Shown here piece after piece: positions 1 through 13,722 of a stretch of DNA of 64,000 bases. The notes under the pieces are model-generated. The model was not told the origin of the DNA and did no database searches. It worked only from the letters and a program-made list of their open reading frames with translations. A program made the translations under genes and the position numbers. The stretch's first letter is position 1. The number at the start of each line of letters is the position of its first letter. Source of the stretch: Octopus vulgaris (taxonomy: Eukaryota); contig OX597823.1 of NCBI GenBank assembly GCA_951406725.2, positions 45,818,001-45,882,000 of the forward strand, read 5' to 3'.

Positions 1-1072
1 GTAAATGGCACCGCGAGTGTCGCGTTGCTCTCAAGCAACTATACCGCTCCGGGTTGACCTTGAGTGACTCCAACACAACCAAAGCATTCTAAAGAGGATT
101 TGTGGAGCGGAGGTATGACGACGATCTTGGGGTGAACCTGGGCGTTGACGAGGAATACCTGACCCGCCTTTTTGAGACGACTTTCGGGCCGGGACCTATG
201 GACAACATCCAGAGATCCCTGGCCTGGCAGTGCTACCGAGAAGCGCTACCCGTTCGGGATAAGCTCTATAGGCATAGTTCGAGAAGCATGAGGCCGACCT
301 GCCCGAGATGCGGTCAGAGCGACGAAACCGTTCTGCACGCAATCGTACAGTGTCCAACAATCTCCGACCTGTGGACTTATGTCGAACGACTGCTGTCACG
401 TGTGGGACGCGTCGGTTTATCAGCCGAGTATATCGTTAATATCGTCACGCCTCCTTCCTTCAAACGGAAGAAAGAGCTATTTTTACCATACTTGTGGCTA
501 TGGCGAAAGAATGTATCTGGTGGACGTGCCTGAAAAGATTAGAGACAAACACTTTCCTCTCTGGTCAATCTCTCATCAACTTCTTCAATTATCACTTGAA
601 AAGGAAAGTGAGAGTAGAGAGGCGAGTTTTGTCGAGTGAATGTTTTAAAAAAGATGAGTGAATGTAGCAAGGATGGCACGTATGAATGACGAAGCTACCT
701 TGAGTATGATCCTATGGACGGTAAACATTTAATACAGAGAGTTACTTATTTTTAAAAAAAGATGTAACATGTGACTTCATTGACCGAGGTTACTGTGGTC
801 TTTTCCGTAGGTTTTTCTTTCCACGGATAAACCTCACCTGTCTTCCCCTTTACACTTTATATAGACATTTCTGTGATAACGATCCGTATTGATCAATTTT
901 TTCTTTTTCCTTTTATTTTTATCCCCCCCTTTTTTATCTTTTGCTTTCCTCTTTCTTTCCTTTTACGATCCTTTTTGATCGAAAACCAACCCCCCTTTTT
1001 TATCCCCAAAAGAAAAGCTCTACCTTCTAATTTGTCCCGTCTGTGTGCAGCCCTGTGTGGCCAATAAAGAAA
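1..1072 (+). mobile_element. 3' end of a Tx1/L1-like non-LTR retrotransposon (ORF2 C-terminal zinc knuckle, 3' UTR, polyA signal); frameshifted
   Basis: ORF 102..533 has WQCYREALPVRDKL...CPRCGQSDETVLHAIVQC (CCHC zf-RVT-type motif). A pyrimidine-rich 3' UTR follows, with AATAAA at 1063-1068 and then (TCTA)n. Confidence 0.85.
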
Positions 1073-1073
1073 C

Positions 1074-1075
<2 letters not shown>

Positions 1076-1142
<67 letters not shown>

Positions 1143-1226
1143 ATTCTGTCTATCTGTCTGTCTGTCTATGTATGTATGTATGTATGTATGTATGCATGAA
1201 TGTATGTATGTATGTATGTATGTATG
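1076..1226. repeat. Compound microsatellite (TCTA)n/(TCTG)n/(TATG)n
   Basis: Directly visible. Confidence 0.95.
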
Positions 1227-3049
1227 AGTGTTCTGAGTGAGGCAGTAAAAATCAGAGAGGAGAAAATGTAAATATGATAACATAATCTCATAGTTTCCCC
1301 TTGCTATTAATTTACTAGAGCCATTTTATGCCAGAATATTGCTGGTATTCAAGAATTTTTTTTTTTACCAAACTAGACGTTACCGAGAGGCTATACTTAA
1401 TTTGAACTCAGAATCGTAAGTCACAAAGTACTTTAAAATATGCAATTCTGTGTTTTACTTCAACACCACATTTGTTTAAATAAAAAAACAGAAACTGAAA
1501 TAAAACATAAAAAGAACCTGATAAATGGAAAAGGAATGTTTTTTTGTAAAAGAAAAACAACAACAAAAAAACAGCAAAAACTTAAAAACAAACCACTACC
1601 AGGGAAAGTAGGAGACAAAGAAGTGATGTGTGCTGAAAACAGGAGAGAAAAGTAGGAAATACTGAGGGAAGAAAACAGAGAATTGAGGCGAGAAAGTAGT
1701 AAAAGAGGATATGAGAGAAAATGGGAAAGAAATACAAAATATTCGCTAATTGAATTAGTTTATACTTTTGCTGGCATAACAATTTAAAAACTAAAATATA
1801 AATATAACAAAATGTCTGGAAGTAAGTTTTCACTAATAATCTGTAATTAGCAACAAAGCTAGCAGTCTAATTAGTAGCATACATAACATATTGAATAAAC
1901 ACACGTCTATGGATCACTAATTAGTGACTATCAAATAACTGGCAAGCGACAGTGGCGGCAATCGGCTGTGTCCATGGCCAATGAATGGCGACAGACTAAG
2001 TATCTTAACAACCAAGTTGAGATGCAATAAGTGGAATCTATAACATGTACACCAAAACAATATATTTGCTTAAAGGAGGAAAACGAAATGAAAAATGAAT
2101 ATTTAATATAGCTTTGAAACAGAATATATTTTTCACTAATTAAAGGTAAAAGTCATACGCTTAAAAATATGGTTGGTGAAACAGAAAGATACTTGCGTTT
2201 TTTAGGAAAGGAAAATAAAGTCTTCAACACTAAAACCTTCTGAAAAGTTCTACGTATAACAATCTAATAGCGACTTTATTAAAGAAGTAATATGTATTCC
2301 ATGTTCAAATGATATGCAAATATTTTGGTGTTAGTTTGATTTAGAGTTTCTCGTACACAAACGCTTGAAGGATACTGTCGAGTTGTTTATTCTATCAACA
2401 ATTATAATTGATATCTCACACGACACAACGACACACGACACAATTCTAAATTAAAAAGGGGTAAGTTTATTTCGATAAAACTGCAGTTATAAGAAAGGTA
2501 TTCAGGTTGTATGTGTACTGGGTTTTAACAATATAAATAATGTTTCTTTAAAACGATCAGCGGAAGTTGATTTTCTTGGGGTTTAGTTATTGTTGACCGT
2601 TACCGAATCGCACTTTATTCGAAATATAAAAACGTTAGCCTTTTCCAATTCCTTCATACTTAGGTCAGGTAAATTATCTTTGGTAAGGTTTTATTTTAGT
2701 TCAGTAGAAATATTTGGACTGTATGATGGAATTTTTAAATTGTATTTTTTGATTCGCTCTTCCCTCTTACGTTATTAGGTATTTTGTTACAAGGTAATTT
2801 TGCATTTTGATACCACAGTACGACTAAAAGATAGACAAGGTTTACACCTATTTAACAATAAAATATTTGGAACCAAATAGATTAGACACGATCCCTGGAA
2901 TGAAGCGACAGTTTTATCGTCGCAATCATTATTGCTGATTTACGTTTACGCAATGGGAGTAATGCTATTGAGTAGGTTATAAAGATAAGGATTGAATTTA
3001 ATATTCTAATTTTCTCACCATGATCAATGAAAAATTAGTATGATTACAG

Positions 3050-4400
3050 GATCTTATTTGGGCTAACATAAGATATCACAGAAATTTGCTTTAATTTGCA
3101 TGTTTCTCGGAGAATTAAAAATGTGGGTGATTTCAGACCTAACTTCACTGGCACCCAACACATTGAGAAAGGAGGCTTGAAATTACATGTTTTGTTCCTA
3201 AGCAACTCTCTTAAATTTGAGCTCTTAGACTCCAACTTCCTTGATATTGAATCTAAATGTGTTTACTTATTTCTGTTTAATTGATATAGGTAAGGCAAGA
3301 GACCAAAATTTATTGATCAGTCCCTTTTCTTATTAACTTTTTATAGTTGGGTTGGAACAGCAGATTTCATAAATCAATATTTTAAGTTTCTAGGTCTTCA
3401 GTATATCATCATCAAGAATTGAATTGAATATATTTGGCGTTTGTGTTGTTTCTTATACTCGTGACTAAATTCGTGTAGACTCCACCGCCAAAGGATTTTT
3501 GACCCATAGCATTATGCCTCAGCACACACGTGTTTAGTTGTTTGTACCAAATTTTTACTGGTAGAACTTATTTATGTTTTTATGTAAATAGCCTCGTGTT
3601 AACTTGTTGATGTGTATGTTTGTGTGTTAATTTTGGTATTGTATTGCAACATGATTAGGGTTTCCATAATTAACCTTCCGGTTTGTGTGAACTTCGTTAA
3701 CTATGTACGTATTTATCTCAAGTACTTTCCTAATTTCGTTTTGTGTTGTGTGATATAATGCTGTGAAATAGCTTCATGTTGCAAGTGCACGGTGCGCCTA
3801 CGTGAGAGTGTTATATTGGTCTGTCCAACGTAATAGTGTTCTGAGGTCTGCAACATTTAGTGTTACAGTCAAATTTATAGACCACATCGGTTATATGCAG
3901 TTTGTTCTTGGGCTCACATATTCCTGGAGTTTTGATAATAAGAGGGGTTTTGGTTCTGGTGTTTGATTTTTATTTTTAGTTTAAGTTTATAGCCAGGTGT
4001 GCTGTATTTTCTGGTATGCTTTACAAATTCCTTTTCATTATATGTTCACCTGTAGATTGTATGCATTTGGTTCTTGTCATAGTTTTAATATTTGATTTGT
4101 GTATTACTGTTAAGTGTATTCTGTGAGACATATTTATTATATTGTATTTGTGCCTGTATTCGTTTATAGCTTGGTCTACTAGTTTGTTAGAATATCTGTT
4201 GTTAATGTTTAGTTAATTCTCTGTATTTCTGTCTCTGGTGTATTTTGAACGAGGATATAAATGTTCTTCTGAGGAATGATTTTACCACAGACATATTTTA
4301 GTTGTGTGGATATTTACTCTTTCCTTTAGGTGTATGTATTTGTTTGATTCTTAGGTGTTTGTTGACGTAATGTGTCTTTATTTTTCTTTGTCTAACAACA
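3050..4400 (-). mobile_element. Highly degenerate Penelope-like reverse transcriptase relic
   Basis: Minus-strand remnants in RT motif order: LYGNPNH-like (~3660), AMG..YTNL-like (~3500), LDDD (~3410), PFLNVL (~3165). Many stops and frameshifts. Confidence 0.45.
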
Positions 4401-4547
4401 ACCACATAAACATCAGCAATAATACAAATACAAACACATTATACATCCTAAATCAGAACTGAAATACGTTTAAATACAATACTTCACTGTGGGTTAAATA
4501 AAAATGTAAAAACATTCTTTCTATACTACTGATATATATGTGTATGA

Positions 4548-4596
<49 letters not shown>

Positions 4597-5399
4597 TATA
4601 ATGAGAGAGCCTCTTGTCAGACTGTTTTCTAGTTTGTTGACTGCATCTCAAAGAAGACTTAACCAGCTTCCTTCCTCAATCAATAATATACAAAAGAGTA
4701 AAGAATTAGACATGCACTTTGGTGGTAAGCCTAATTTTCCTAGTTGTAATTTTGATGACTGATTATTAAAGTAAATAATATACATTTAAGCAGAGTAAAT
4801 CAGAGGAACTGAAGTGCATTTCAGTATTATAACTCCTTGCAATGGTTTAAGTAAGATTGTAAACACATTTACTTTATAAACTATTGATGAGAAGGGAGAA
4901 AAAAAAACGAGAGAAAGAGAGAAGTCTTGGCTGGTTTCCTTCTCCATTTAATAACACAGAACATCTGCTTATAAAGCAGTCAGTTATTAGGCGAGTACCG
5001 TGGGTGATTGCTTAATTTACGTATCTGTTCTTATGCCCGCTCGTCAGTAATTATACAATATCTGCTTATGCACTCTTTCTGACTATTTGTCTGCTGTGCT
5101 GTCCATCCACTAATCCATATAACTATAGATCTATATGCACGTCTAATTACCTATCTGTTCTCATGCTTATCTATCTTTCTACATTCATATTCATCTACTT
5201 ATTTATCTATCTACTTATTCATCCTCATACATGTCTATCTGTAAATGCATCTGTTCTTTCACTTTTATTCGATTATATTCAGTTTTTTAAAATTCTGATT
5301 TATAATTTAGGTTATTCTATTTCTTTCTTTAAATTTTTGCCTTTATTTTTACACTAATATATAAAATTATATATAATTGTAATACTTGATTTATTTATA

Positions 5400-5615
5400 A
5401 ACGTGTGTGCGTATATGTCTATATATGTATATGAATGTATGTGTATATATGATTATTTTTACGCGTATGTACGAGTGTGCACTTATATGTATATGAATAT
5501 ATACATATATATATATATATGTATTTATATATATATATTTATATGTATAAGTATATATATATATACATGTGTGTGTGTATGTGTGTATGTGTGTATGTGT
5601 GTGTGTATGTGTGTG

Positions 5616-5666
<51 letters not shown>

Positions 5667-5946
5667 ATGTATGTATTCAGTATACCGTTTCGATTGGCTG
5701 CAAGTACGCTTCTGTTTCTCCCCTTTTCCGTATCCATTCTTTCCCCTTCTTCTCTATCCAGTCTTTCACAGAAAGAGTGAAAACTCGAAACGTAAAAGAC
5801 ATTTCCCTCTTTTTTTTTCTTCTATTTCCTAAACCTGAACCTAATACACAATGGTTTTTTCTTAAACTCGTCTTTACTTTCTATTTTTGCATTCTCTCTC
5901 TCTATACACACATACAGGCACACATACATATACATAAATATACGTA

Positions 5947-6001
<55 letters not shown>

Positions 6002-6149
6002 GTATGTATGTATATATGTATACATACACAGACATGCAGACATGCATACATACACAGACATGCAGGCATGCATACATACATACACGCATACATGCATACA
6101 TACATGCATACATACATGTATATATACATACATACACACATACACACAT

Positions 6150-6182
<33 letters not shown>

Positions 6183-6205
6183 CACATACATATGTGTGTA
6201 TATGC
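5400..6205. repeat. TA/TG/CA microsatellite tracts enclosing a short repeat-family copy (~5690-5895)
   Basis: Directly visible; the inner segment resembles the repeats at 27360-27535 and 37767-37925. Confidence 0.85.
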
Positions 6206-6602
6206 ATAAAAGATGAACAAGGTAATACATAAAATAGATCAAACGAAATGCATTAAAATATATACTAATACGCACATTTTAGCATGTATGTCATGCTTTC
6301 TTGTTATGCCAAGTCGTTTGAATTATGTACCCTCCAAACGTTGCTATTTTGATAACTGAATACACTTATAAAATGATCCCCGGAAATACATATCAAGGTA
6401 TGTTGGAAAATATATATGGGTACACATAAATACGAATAATAAGTAAATGTTTGTCGTTAGATATTTGCTTATCGATGCATCAATTGAATTAAACATTAAA
6501 CTATCAGTGTGTTTGTCTCCTCTATCTACATTCTGTCTGTCCTCACGTAATAGACTATCTGTCAATAGGTAGATCTATCTAAATATCTACCCCTACACTC
6601 AT

Positions 6603-6686
<84 letters not shown>

Positions 6687-6688
6687 AC

Positions 6689-6902
6689 TTATAAACAAGG
6701 GTAAAAGAAAAATTATTTCCATGCCAATATGCTGATAATAGACTTTAAGTTGTCAATTTCCACACAACATTATACACTCACTATAATTTCAGCACGACAT
6801 GTATTTATAGTGAGTGTATAATGATATGTAGAAATTGACGACTTAAAGTCTGTTATCAGCATATTGGCATGGAAATATTTTTTCTTTCACCCTTGTTTAT
6901 AA
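6689..6902. repeat. Long inverted repeat (98-bp arms, 18-bp spacer) in an element flanked by (TA)n
   Basis: Arm 6689-6786 vs reverse complement of 6805-6902: 91/98 identical by manual alignment. Confidence 0.95.
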
Positions 6903-6984
6903 TTTTAACCTTTAAAGGTATTTTAATATGCTGCCAATTTTTGATGAATTTTTTTTCTGAAAAAGATTTCATCCTATATTAATA

Positions 6985-7021
<37 letters not shown>

Positions 7022-7699
7022 TATACCTATCTGCCTACCTGTCTATTTATCTATCCCCATAGTCATCTATCTTTCTGTCTTCATACGTATCGTTTTATCG
7101 ATATCTACTTACCTTTCTATACTATCTCTAAATACCTCTAAACACACATCTGTCTCAATGTATGCTCATTTGCACCTAGAAAAATATCACTTCTTAATTC
7201 TAAATTTCTTGTGTGTATTGATTACATACTCATAATTCTAAAAACGTTCTTGCATGTTTGAGCCTTCTCAGTTTGTGCCTTCTCTGAGGCCAGAAAAGAA
7301 AAAAATGTGTCCATCAACTGAATTGAGAAAAGAAATTGCTACTCTAGTCGGTGTCTCTCACCGAGGAGACACAATCACGTCGAAACAACGGATGTCTATA
7401 TGTTGTCAACACATACATCGTCTAAAGTGTGAAATGATCCTCCAAACGCGAAATCTAACGGTGGAAAGCACATTCATGTTGTAGTCCACCGGAATCTGTG
7501 AAGAATGTGTATAATATAATTTTGTTTTCCAGACTTTTATTTGCTAGCTTAATAGGCCTTAGCAGCAACCAACAAATATACTGCTGGCTGAATTGTTTTA
7601 TGCCACATTTGAACTATTGCATTCCCAAGTCGATACTGGACAAGGCTGTGAATAAGAAGATTAGATTGCAACCACGTACTTTCGAATTCAGTCCCACTG

Positions 7700-7880
7700 T
7701 GAAACACCTATATATATATATGCATGGGGTGGATACAGATGTCTTTAAAATGGAGCTGGATCTCTTCCTGTCAGGTGTCCCAGATGAACCAACTTCACGG
7801 CAGGAGGGGCAGATGAGGGCAGCTGCATCGAACTCTCATAAGCTGAAACTAGAATCAATCAATCACTCAATCAATCAATC
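7700..7880 (+). mobile_element. 3' fragment of a CR1/L2-group LINE with (ATCA)n tail
   Basis: VFKMELDLFLSGVPDEP...SNS parallels FKKSLDKFLQTVPDKP...NNS at the end of the 652-aa ORF. Confidence 0.7.
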
Positions 7881-7957
<77 letters not shown>

Positions 7958-8061
7958 CGCATGTGTGTGTGCGCGTGTGTGTGTATGTGTGTTTGTGTGC
8001 GTCTGTGTGTATGTATGTATGTATGTATGTATATATATATATATATATATATACACATACA

Positions 8062-8281
8062 TACAAGGAGATTCTGAAAAGTTCCTGGCTTTAAGGGTAT
8101 CACGAAATGCATGGCTGGAGGCCCAACCTTCCGAGTCCTTTTACAGGGCTTAGAAAACTGAAGCACAGCTGCAATAAGTGTGTCTATCTGAGAAGAGAAT
8201 ATGATGAATAAAATCATAATTAACTGATCCTCCTATATTTTCTTTTATCCAAAGCGGGGCTCTTTCAAGCTCCCCCTAGTG
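8062..8281 (+). mobile_element. Mariner-derived MITE (internal-deletion derivative)
   Basis: Degenerate TIRs TACAAGGAGATTCTGAAAAGTTCCTGGCTTT / AAAGCGGGGCTCTTTCAAGCTCCCCCTAGT; interior encodes a mariner-like C-terminus (W..AQPSE.F...L..L...CNKCV...EY.E). Confidence 0.7.
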
Positions 8282-8439
8282 TGTGTATGTCTGTGTGTGT
8301 GTGTGTGTGTATTTATAGTCATAATCAGGATATTCAAACCTCTTATAGGGATATTTATCCAAGATACACTGTTTTAATATATTAAATTTTAAAGAGAAAA
8401 TCATATCAATGCATATATTATATAGAATAATGTAAGATA

Positions 8440-8582
8440 TCAGTTAAAATTGTTTTCCAAAAATATTCCATCAAAGTGGCCAGCATATTAAAATACCTTT
8501 AAAGGTGAAAATTATAAACAATTACAAACAAGGGCAAAATACAAAAAGATTTCTACACCAATATGCCGAGAATAGACTTTGC
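8440..8582. repeat. Diverged copy of the 6805-6990 repeat in opposite orientation
   Basis: CAGCATATTAAAATACCTTTAAAGGTGAAAATTATAAACAA is the near reverse complement of 6893-6932. Confidence 0.75.
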
Positions 8583-10384
8583 CTGTCCGAGTGGTAACTT
8601 CATTTTCTTCCTATTTTATAAGAGCTCCTTTTAGCTAGTATTGGATGTTAAATTTCCCTAATCCATCGTTTCTCAGACTCATAAACCTGATGAGGTATTC
8701 GCATGATGTATGTTGTTGTTGCTTCATAACCAGTGATTTTTCGCTGGAATTTTTTTTATTCTTATCGTTATACCTAATCAGACAGTGAGCTTTTTACTCT
8801 TTGTCATTCGTATGTGATTGTCTTTATATTTATTTTAGCAGAGTCTTGCTTACACGAATAATCCATTGTTTTCGTAGATAGTTTACTGAATTTGGCAGTT
8901 CAGGTTTCGACTTTGTAATAAATACAGTAATGTTTTTCTTTCATATAATAATTTAATCAGTGGGTGAGTTTTAGTAATAGCGATAATGGCAGTGATTCTG
9001 ACATCGCCAAGTTATATTTCACTTAAGCAGTTTGCAAAACATATGAATCGTGTATGTTTATTATTTTAGCATGTATATAAATCTCTGCAGTGTGTGAGAC
9101 GATAAAGTTCCTCTTGTTAAAAGTCACCTGCAGACGTTTTTTTTTTTCCAGTTTTGATAACATTTTGTGTAATTAAGAATAGAGGAAAAATTTAATTTTT
9201 TTTAGTAATAGATAGGCAACAAATAAATAAAATGTAAACAACTTAATAAAAACAAAATGGCTAACATGAAAAATTGCTCTGTAATCTTATATAATCATCC
9301 TGAAAGTATAGAAACCCGATAGAAAGAAATGTTTACCTCATCTGCTAAAACATTTAGCTTTCTATGTAATGTAAAAATCGTTTTTCATCGATAATAAAGG
9401 AAAAACTAAGATTAAAAGTGTTCCGTTGCTTTTGTATAGAGAAGAAATAATGAAATACCAGAATGCAATTTTTTTTATATTTTGAGGTTAAAATCATTCT
9501 TTGAACTGAAAAATAAGAAAAGAAAAATATATTTAATTAAAAAAAGATGTTAACAAGATAATTTGATTTCCCAAGCAGATTTCTTATTGAAATAATAACA
9601 AAAAATGGTTTTCTGAGTATCGTATTCTAATATAGTGGATTAACAAATTTCCAGTATAATTAGAATCTGAGAAAAATATTTTTGAAGAAAAACATTTGAA
9701 GTAAGAAAAAAGTAATTGATGTTCTGATTATTTTCTTTGTGACAAGTAACTAATAATTAGTGCACTATATACAACGAAATATGCAATTGCCATACAGCAA
9801 AAAGTTAAGCTCTCAGAAATTCAAGAATGCCATTTCAATATATAGCCCAAGTCATTTCACTATACAATACTAATGGCTTTAGAAAGGAACGATCTTCACA
9901 ATAAATAATTTATTTGCCTGTACTAAAAAAGTGAGTTTCGTTTAGTTAAACAAAAACTGCTCGGAATGAAATAATTGCTGGCACTTTATCAAGAATTTAT
10001 TAACAAAGCTTGTGATATTTCATCAAAACATGTTAAGTTCACATACAGCATTTAGATACTTTAGTAGAAAGTTATGAATATTACAGATCCTCCTTTTCCC
10101 AATGAATCTAGAGAGACCTGTGACTTTTAAATTGAGCTAGGTATTTTAATGATATATAGAGTTTCTGTTTTGTTGCTAACTTTAAGTTATTAATGTACCG
10201 TTCAAATTATTTTGGAGTATTTATTGGTATTTAATAATAATTTAGTTAAATCAAAGTATGAATTAACTTTTTAGATTAGATTTATGATCAAACATAGCAA
10301 CAAACTATTAGTAATGCATTATGGTGCCACATTTACGGATGAAACTTTTGGTCAACCAGGTAGCATTAGATATTTGTTTCAAAA

Positions 10385-10928
10385 GTTGGTGTATGGCCAG
10401 GAATTTCAGGGGAGGAGGTAAATCAGTTACATTGACCACAATGCTCAACCGGTACTTATTTTAACGACTCCGAGAGAATGAAAGGCAAAGTCGACCTCGG
10501 CGGAATTTGAACTCAGAATGTAAAGGCGGACGAAATGCCACTAAGCATTTTGCCTGGAGTGCTAACGATTTTGCCATCTCACCGTCCGAGAGAGAGCATT
10601 AAATATTTGTTTAAAATGTTGGTACAAGGTCAACAATTTCACGGAAAGGAGCTAAGTCGATTACATCGACCCAATGCTCGCCTGGTATCTACTTTATCGA
10701 CCCTGAAAGGATGAAAGGCAAAGTTAACCCCGGTGATATTTAAACTAAAAATGCAAAGTCGAAAGATATGCTGCTGAGCATTTTATCGGGTACGGTATCT
10801 ATTCTGCCAGTCGTCGCCTTAGATAGTATTAAGTATTCCTTTGTACTATTGGCACAAGGCCTGAAATTTAGAGGATTGGGGGTTACTAGATTACATCGAC
10901 CCCAGTGCTCAACTGGTACTTTATTCAT
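10385..10928 (-). mobile_element. Three tandem copies of tRNA-derived SINE family A
   Basis: Repeated ATCGACCCC..GGTACT..TTATCGACCCCGAAAGGATGAAAGGCAAAGTCGACCTCGGCGGAATTTGAACTCAG block; B-box-like GAGTTCAAATTCC on the minus strand. Confidence 0.85.
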
Positions 10929-11247
10929 ACAACATTAAAACGTACAAATATAACTCTACTATATACGTAGTTAATGTGGATAATAAAACGATATTCTTTT
11001 GTAATTTCTGCTGGATAAATTATTTTCGATAGAAAATTACATTTGTTATATATATAAGTGAATCAAAGAAAAACGGCTGGAATATGTACCCTTTCAGATC
11101 TTTCCAACTACTGGGACTGATACAACTTGAACACCTGAACGACGGAGTAATCAGAATAAATTGATGAGTGTGCGAGGAAGGGTCATATGAAATGTTTAGT
11201 TCTTGGCCTGTGGTGTGATGAGGTCTGTAGGGCAATATATTCAGGTA

Positions 11248-11311
11248 ATGAAGTAATCAATAGACGTCACTGAACTATGAAGTAATCAATAGATGTCACT
11301 GAACTATGAAG
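11248..11311. repeat. 29-bp tandem duplication
   Basis: ATGAAGTAATCAATAGAYGTCACTGAACT twice, plus a partial third copy. Confidence 0.9.
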
Positions 11312-12484
11312 AGCAAAGAAACACCATGCTTAGTGAGCTAGAATTTGAGGTCATTTAGAACTTGTAAGTTTGCCAGAAGGTTGAATGGGTTTTTGTTCAA
11401 TTTCGTCTCGGATTAATGTGTGTCTAGTAGTATTACCGCTCATTGAGGAGAATACAGTTTCAGCTTTGTAAAGAGTTTTAAGGATTAGAATAAAGTACTT
11501 TTTTTGTTCTAATATTATTACTCATACTGCTCAACTGAAGGCTTCAGAACAGAAGTAGTTCTCTGATTTCAACTGAAAGCAGTTGCCTCGAATAGTAAAC
11601 ATCGAACCTTGTAGCTTAATGTCCAGTTAGAATGAAATAAAAAGAGCAACAAGTAGAAAAGAATTCGGTCAATTATTACTGAGTTCAAAGAAACCCAAAA
11701 TATTAACCGAAAGTTACAGAAACCAAAAAGTCAAAGAAACCAAAAATATTAACCGAAAGTTACCAGGTCTGATATCCATTTAGTAAGAAGCAAAAACTTT
11801 CCACAAAACTTGTGACACTTCAGAGAATATCGACCCCCAAATGCGTTACAAGAACATATTTTCATTCTTAACGGTGTTATCAGTATATACCAGAGTCAAA
11901 ATATCCACATATTTAAAAAAAAAACCACCTTCCAAGACTTTCCATTCGCCTGGGTATTTGTTTCTGCCCCATGAAAATAATGAAAAAATAAAATTATTTT
12001 GAATTTCAGCAGTTGCAAATTCAGAGAGTAATAGTCATGTTATCAGTATATACCAGAGTCGAAATATCCACATATCTAAAAAAAGAAAAAAAGTCCAAAC
12101 AATTAAAGAAATAGCTCGGGCTTTTGAAAATTAGTAAAGATTTACATCGTAATCCATAAGATGCTCCAGAAGTCAGTCAAACATTTGGATTACATTGTAA
12201 GAATACCGTATTTTTAAAGTAAAGTTAAAACATTTCATTTCGAGTTTCCGGTTAGAAGATTTTGCTTATTTAAAGCAATAATTTCCTTCTAGTTCCTTAA
12301 GGTGGTAATACAAATTTAACGGTTTCTAGTGTTAAAAAAAAATGGAAACACTATATGCATGAATAAAATATCACAAGAGTATATCACAGTCTCTTGAAAT
12401 TATCTAAAATATAAACTAGGACCAAACGTAGGCAAGCTGGATGGTAGAGAAATGCAAATCATTACAATGTTGGCTGTATTGAAA

Positions 12485-12660
12485 AGCGGTGAGGTGGCAG
12501 GTCTGTCTATGTTCTGAGTTCATATTCCGCCGAGGTCGACTTTGCTTTTCATCCTTTCGGGGTCGATAAGTTAAGTACCAGTTGCGTACTGGGGTCAATC
12601 TAATTGACTGGTCCCGTTCCCCAAAATTTCGGGCCTTGTGCCTAGTGTAGAAAAGAATAT
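12485..12660 (+). mobile_element. SINE family A copy (internally deleted head)
   Basis: GCGGTGAGGTGGCAG...GAGTTCATATTCCGCCGAGGTCGACTTTGCTTTTCATCCTTTCGGGGTCGATAAG...GGCCTTGTGCCTAG. Confidence 0.85.
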
Positions 12661-12814
12661 GGGCTGTATTGAAACGCACAACGCATTAAAAATATTGCAC
12701 ATGTTTGACAAGCCGACAACTATTGGTAGATAACATCCATCCCAACGTCGAAAGGGCATCTTTATTAGTCACAAAGCTAGACATGTGAAGGGTTTCAATA
12801 AAAGTCAATTATAC

Positions 12815-12845
<31 letters not shown>

Positions 12846-13099
12846 CCAGCAATAGTTGGCGTCGTCACGGTGGTCTAAAGACTCGGATTAAGAAGCGAGG
12901 GAAAATACTTGAGGATTTTAAGAGTGTGGTTGTAGTTCAAATCAATTCAATAGGAAGTTGCGGTCCAGAATAGTGATAGACATAAGCAGAATATTCCTAT
13001 GTTATGCTGTTTATTGTATCACGACAATATAAAGGACAAGAGGCTGCTGAATATATACAGACTACATTGATGTGAAATATATAATTCCTATTTGGCACG

Positions 13100-13312
13100 G
13101 AGTCTGGATAGATTCATTCAAAGAATACCAGATAAGCCACCCATAATTGGATACAACTCACCCAACAAGAACTCACTACTTGAACAAAACTTGACTTAAA
13201 CAAAACTTGCCTTAAACAGGATTCGAATAATCCTATCAGGTGGTGCTATTAAGTTAGACATGGCCTGGACCAATCTTTGGTCGAAACATATCTAAGTTTA
13301 TCTAAGTTTATC
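13100..13312 (+). mobile_element. Short 3' fragment of a relative of the CR1/L2-group LINE at 32581-34625
   Basis: Encodes DRFIQRIPDKPPIIGY..NKNSLLE; 32-bp block identical to 32620-32651; CTAAGTT repeat tail. Confidence 0.85.
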
Positions 13313-13544
13313 GAAAGGGCAGGGATGATCATGTGGATAGAGAAACGGAATGTTAGAAGTGCGCTTCATCAAGTGCTTTGAGGTTCAACGTCCCTGCGCG
13401 ACACCTTAGGAACGGGACTTCTACTTCAGACCTAGCCCGAATAATGAGTGGATGCACGTTGTATTTACATACATACACGTGTACATATACACAGACACAC
13501 ACGTGTGTGTGTGCGTGCACGCGTGTCATTGTATTTGTGCTCGT

Positions 13545-13722
13545 CCTCCAATCATTGAAAACGAGTGTTGGTGTGTTTCTGTCCCTTTTACAAAATACTT
13601 CGGCAACAGAACCGATAGGGTAAGCACTAGATTTGAGATAAGCATTGGTATTGATTTTACTGACTATCCCTACACGGCGGGGGTTCCAGCATGGTTTCAC
13701 TGCCATAGCTGAAACTAGTAAA
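13545..13722 (+). mobile_element. Degenerate 3' half of SINE family B
   Basis: Similar to 14750-14935 (TGGTGTGTTT..CGGCAA..ACCGATAG..CCAGCATGG..CTGAAAC). Confidence 0.65.

Noticed and set aside
5403-6275. Overlapping ORFs up to 251 aa rich in CV/YI/HT
   Set aside because: Translations of TG/TA/CA microsatellites; the same applies to similar ORFs throughout the window
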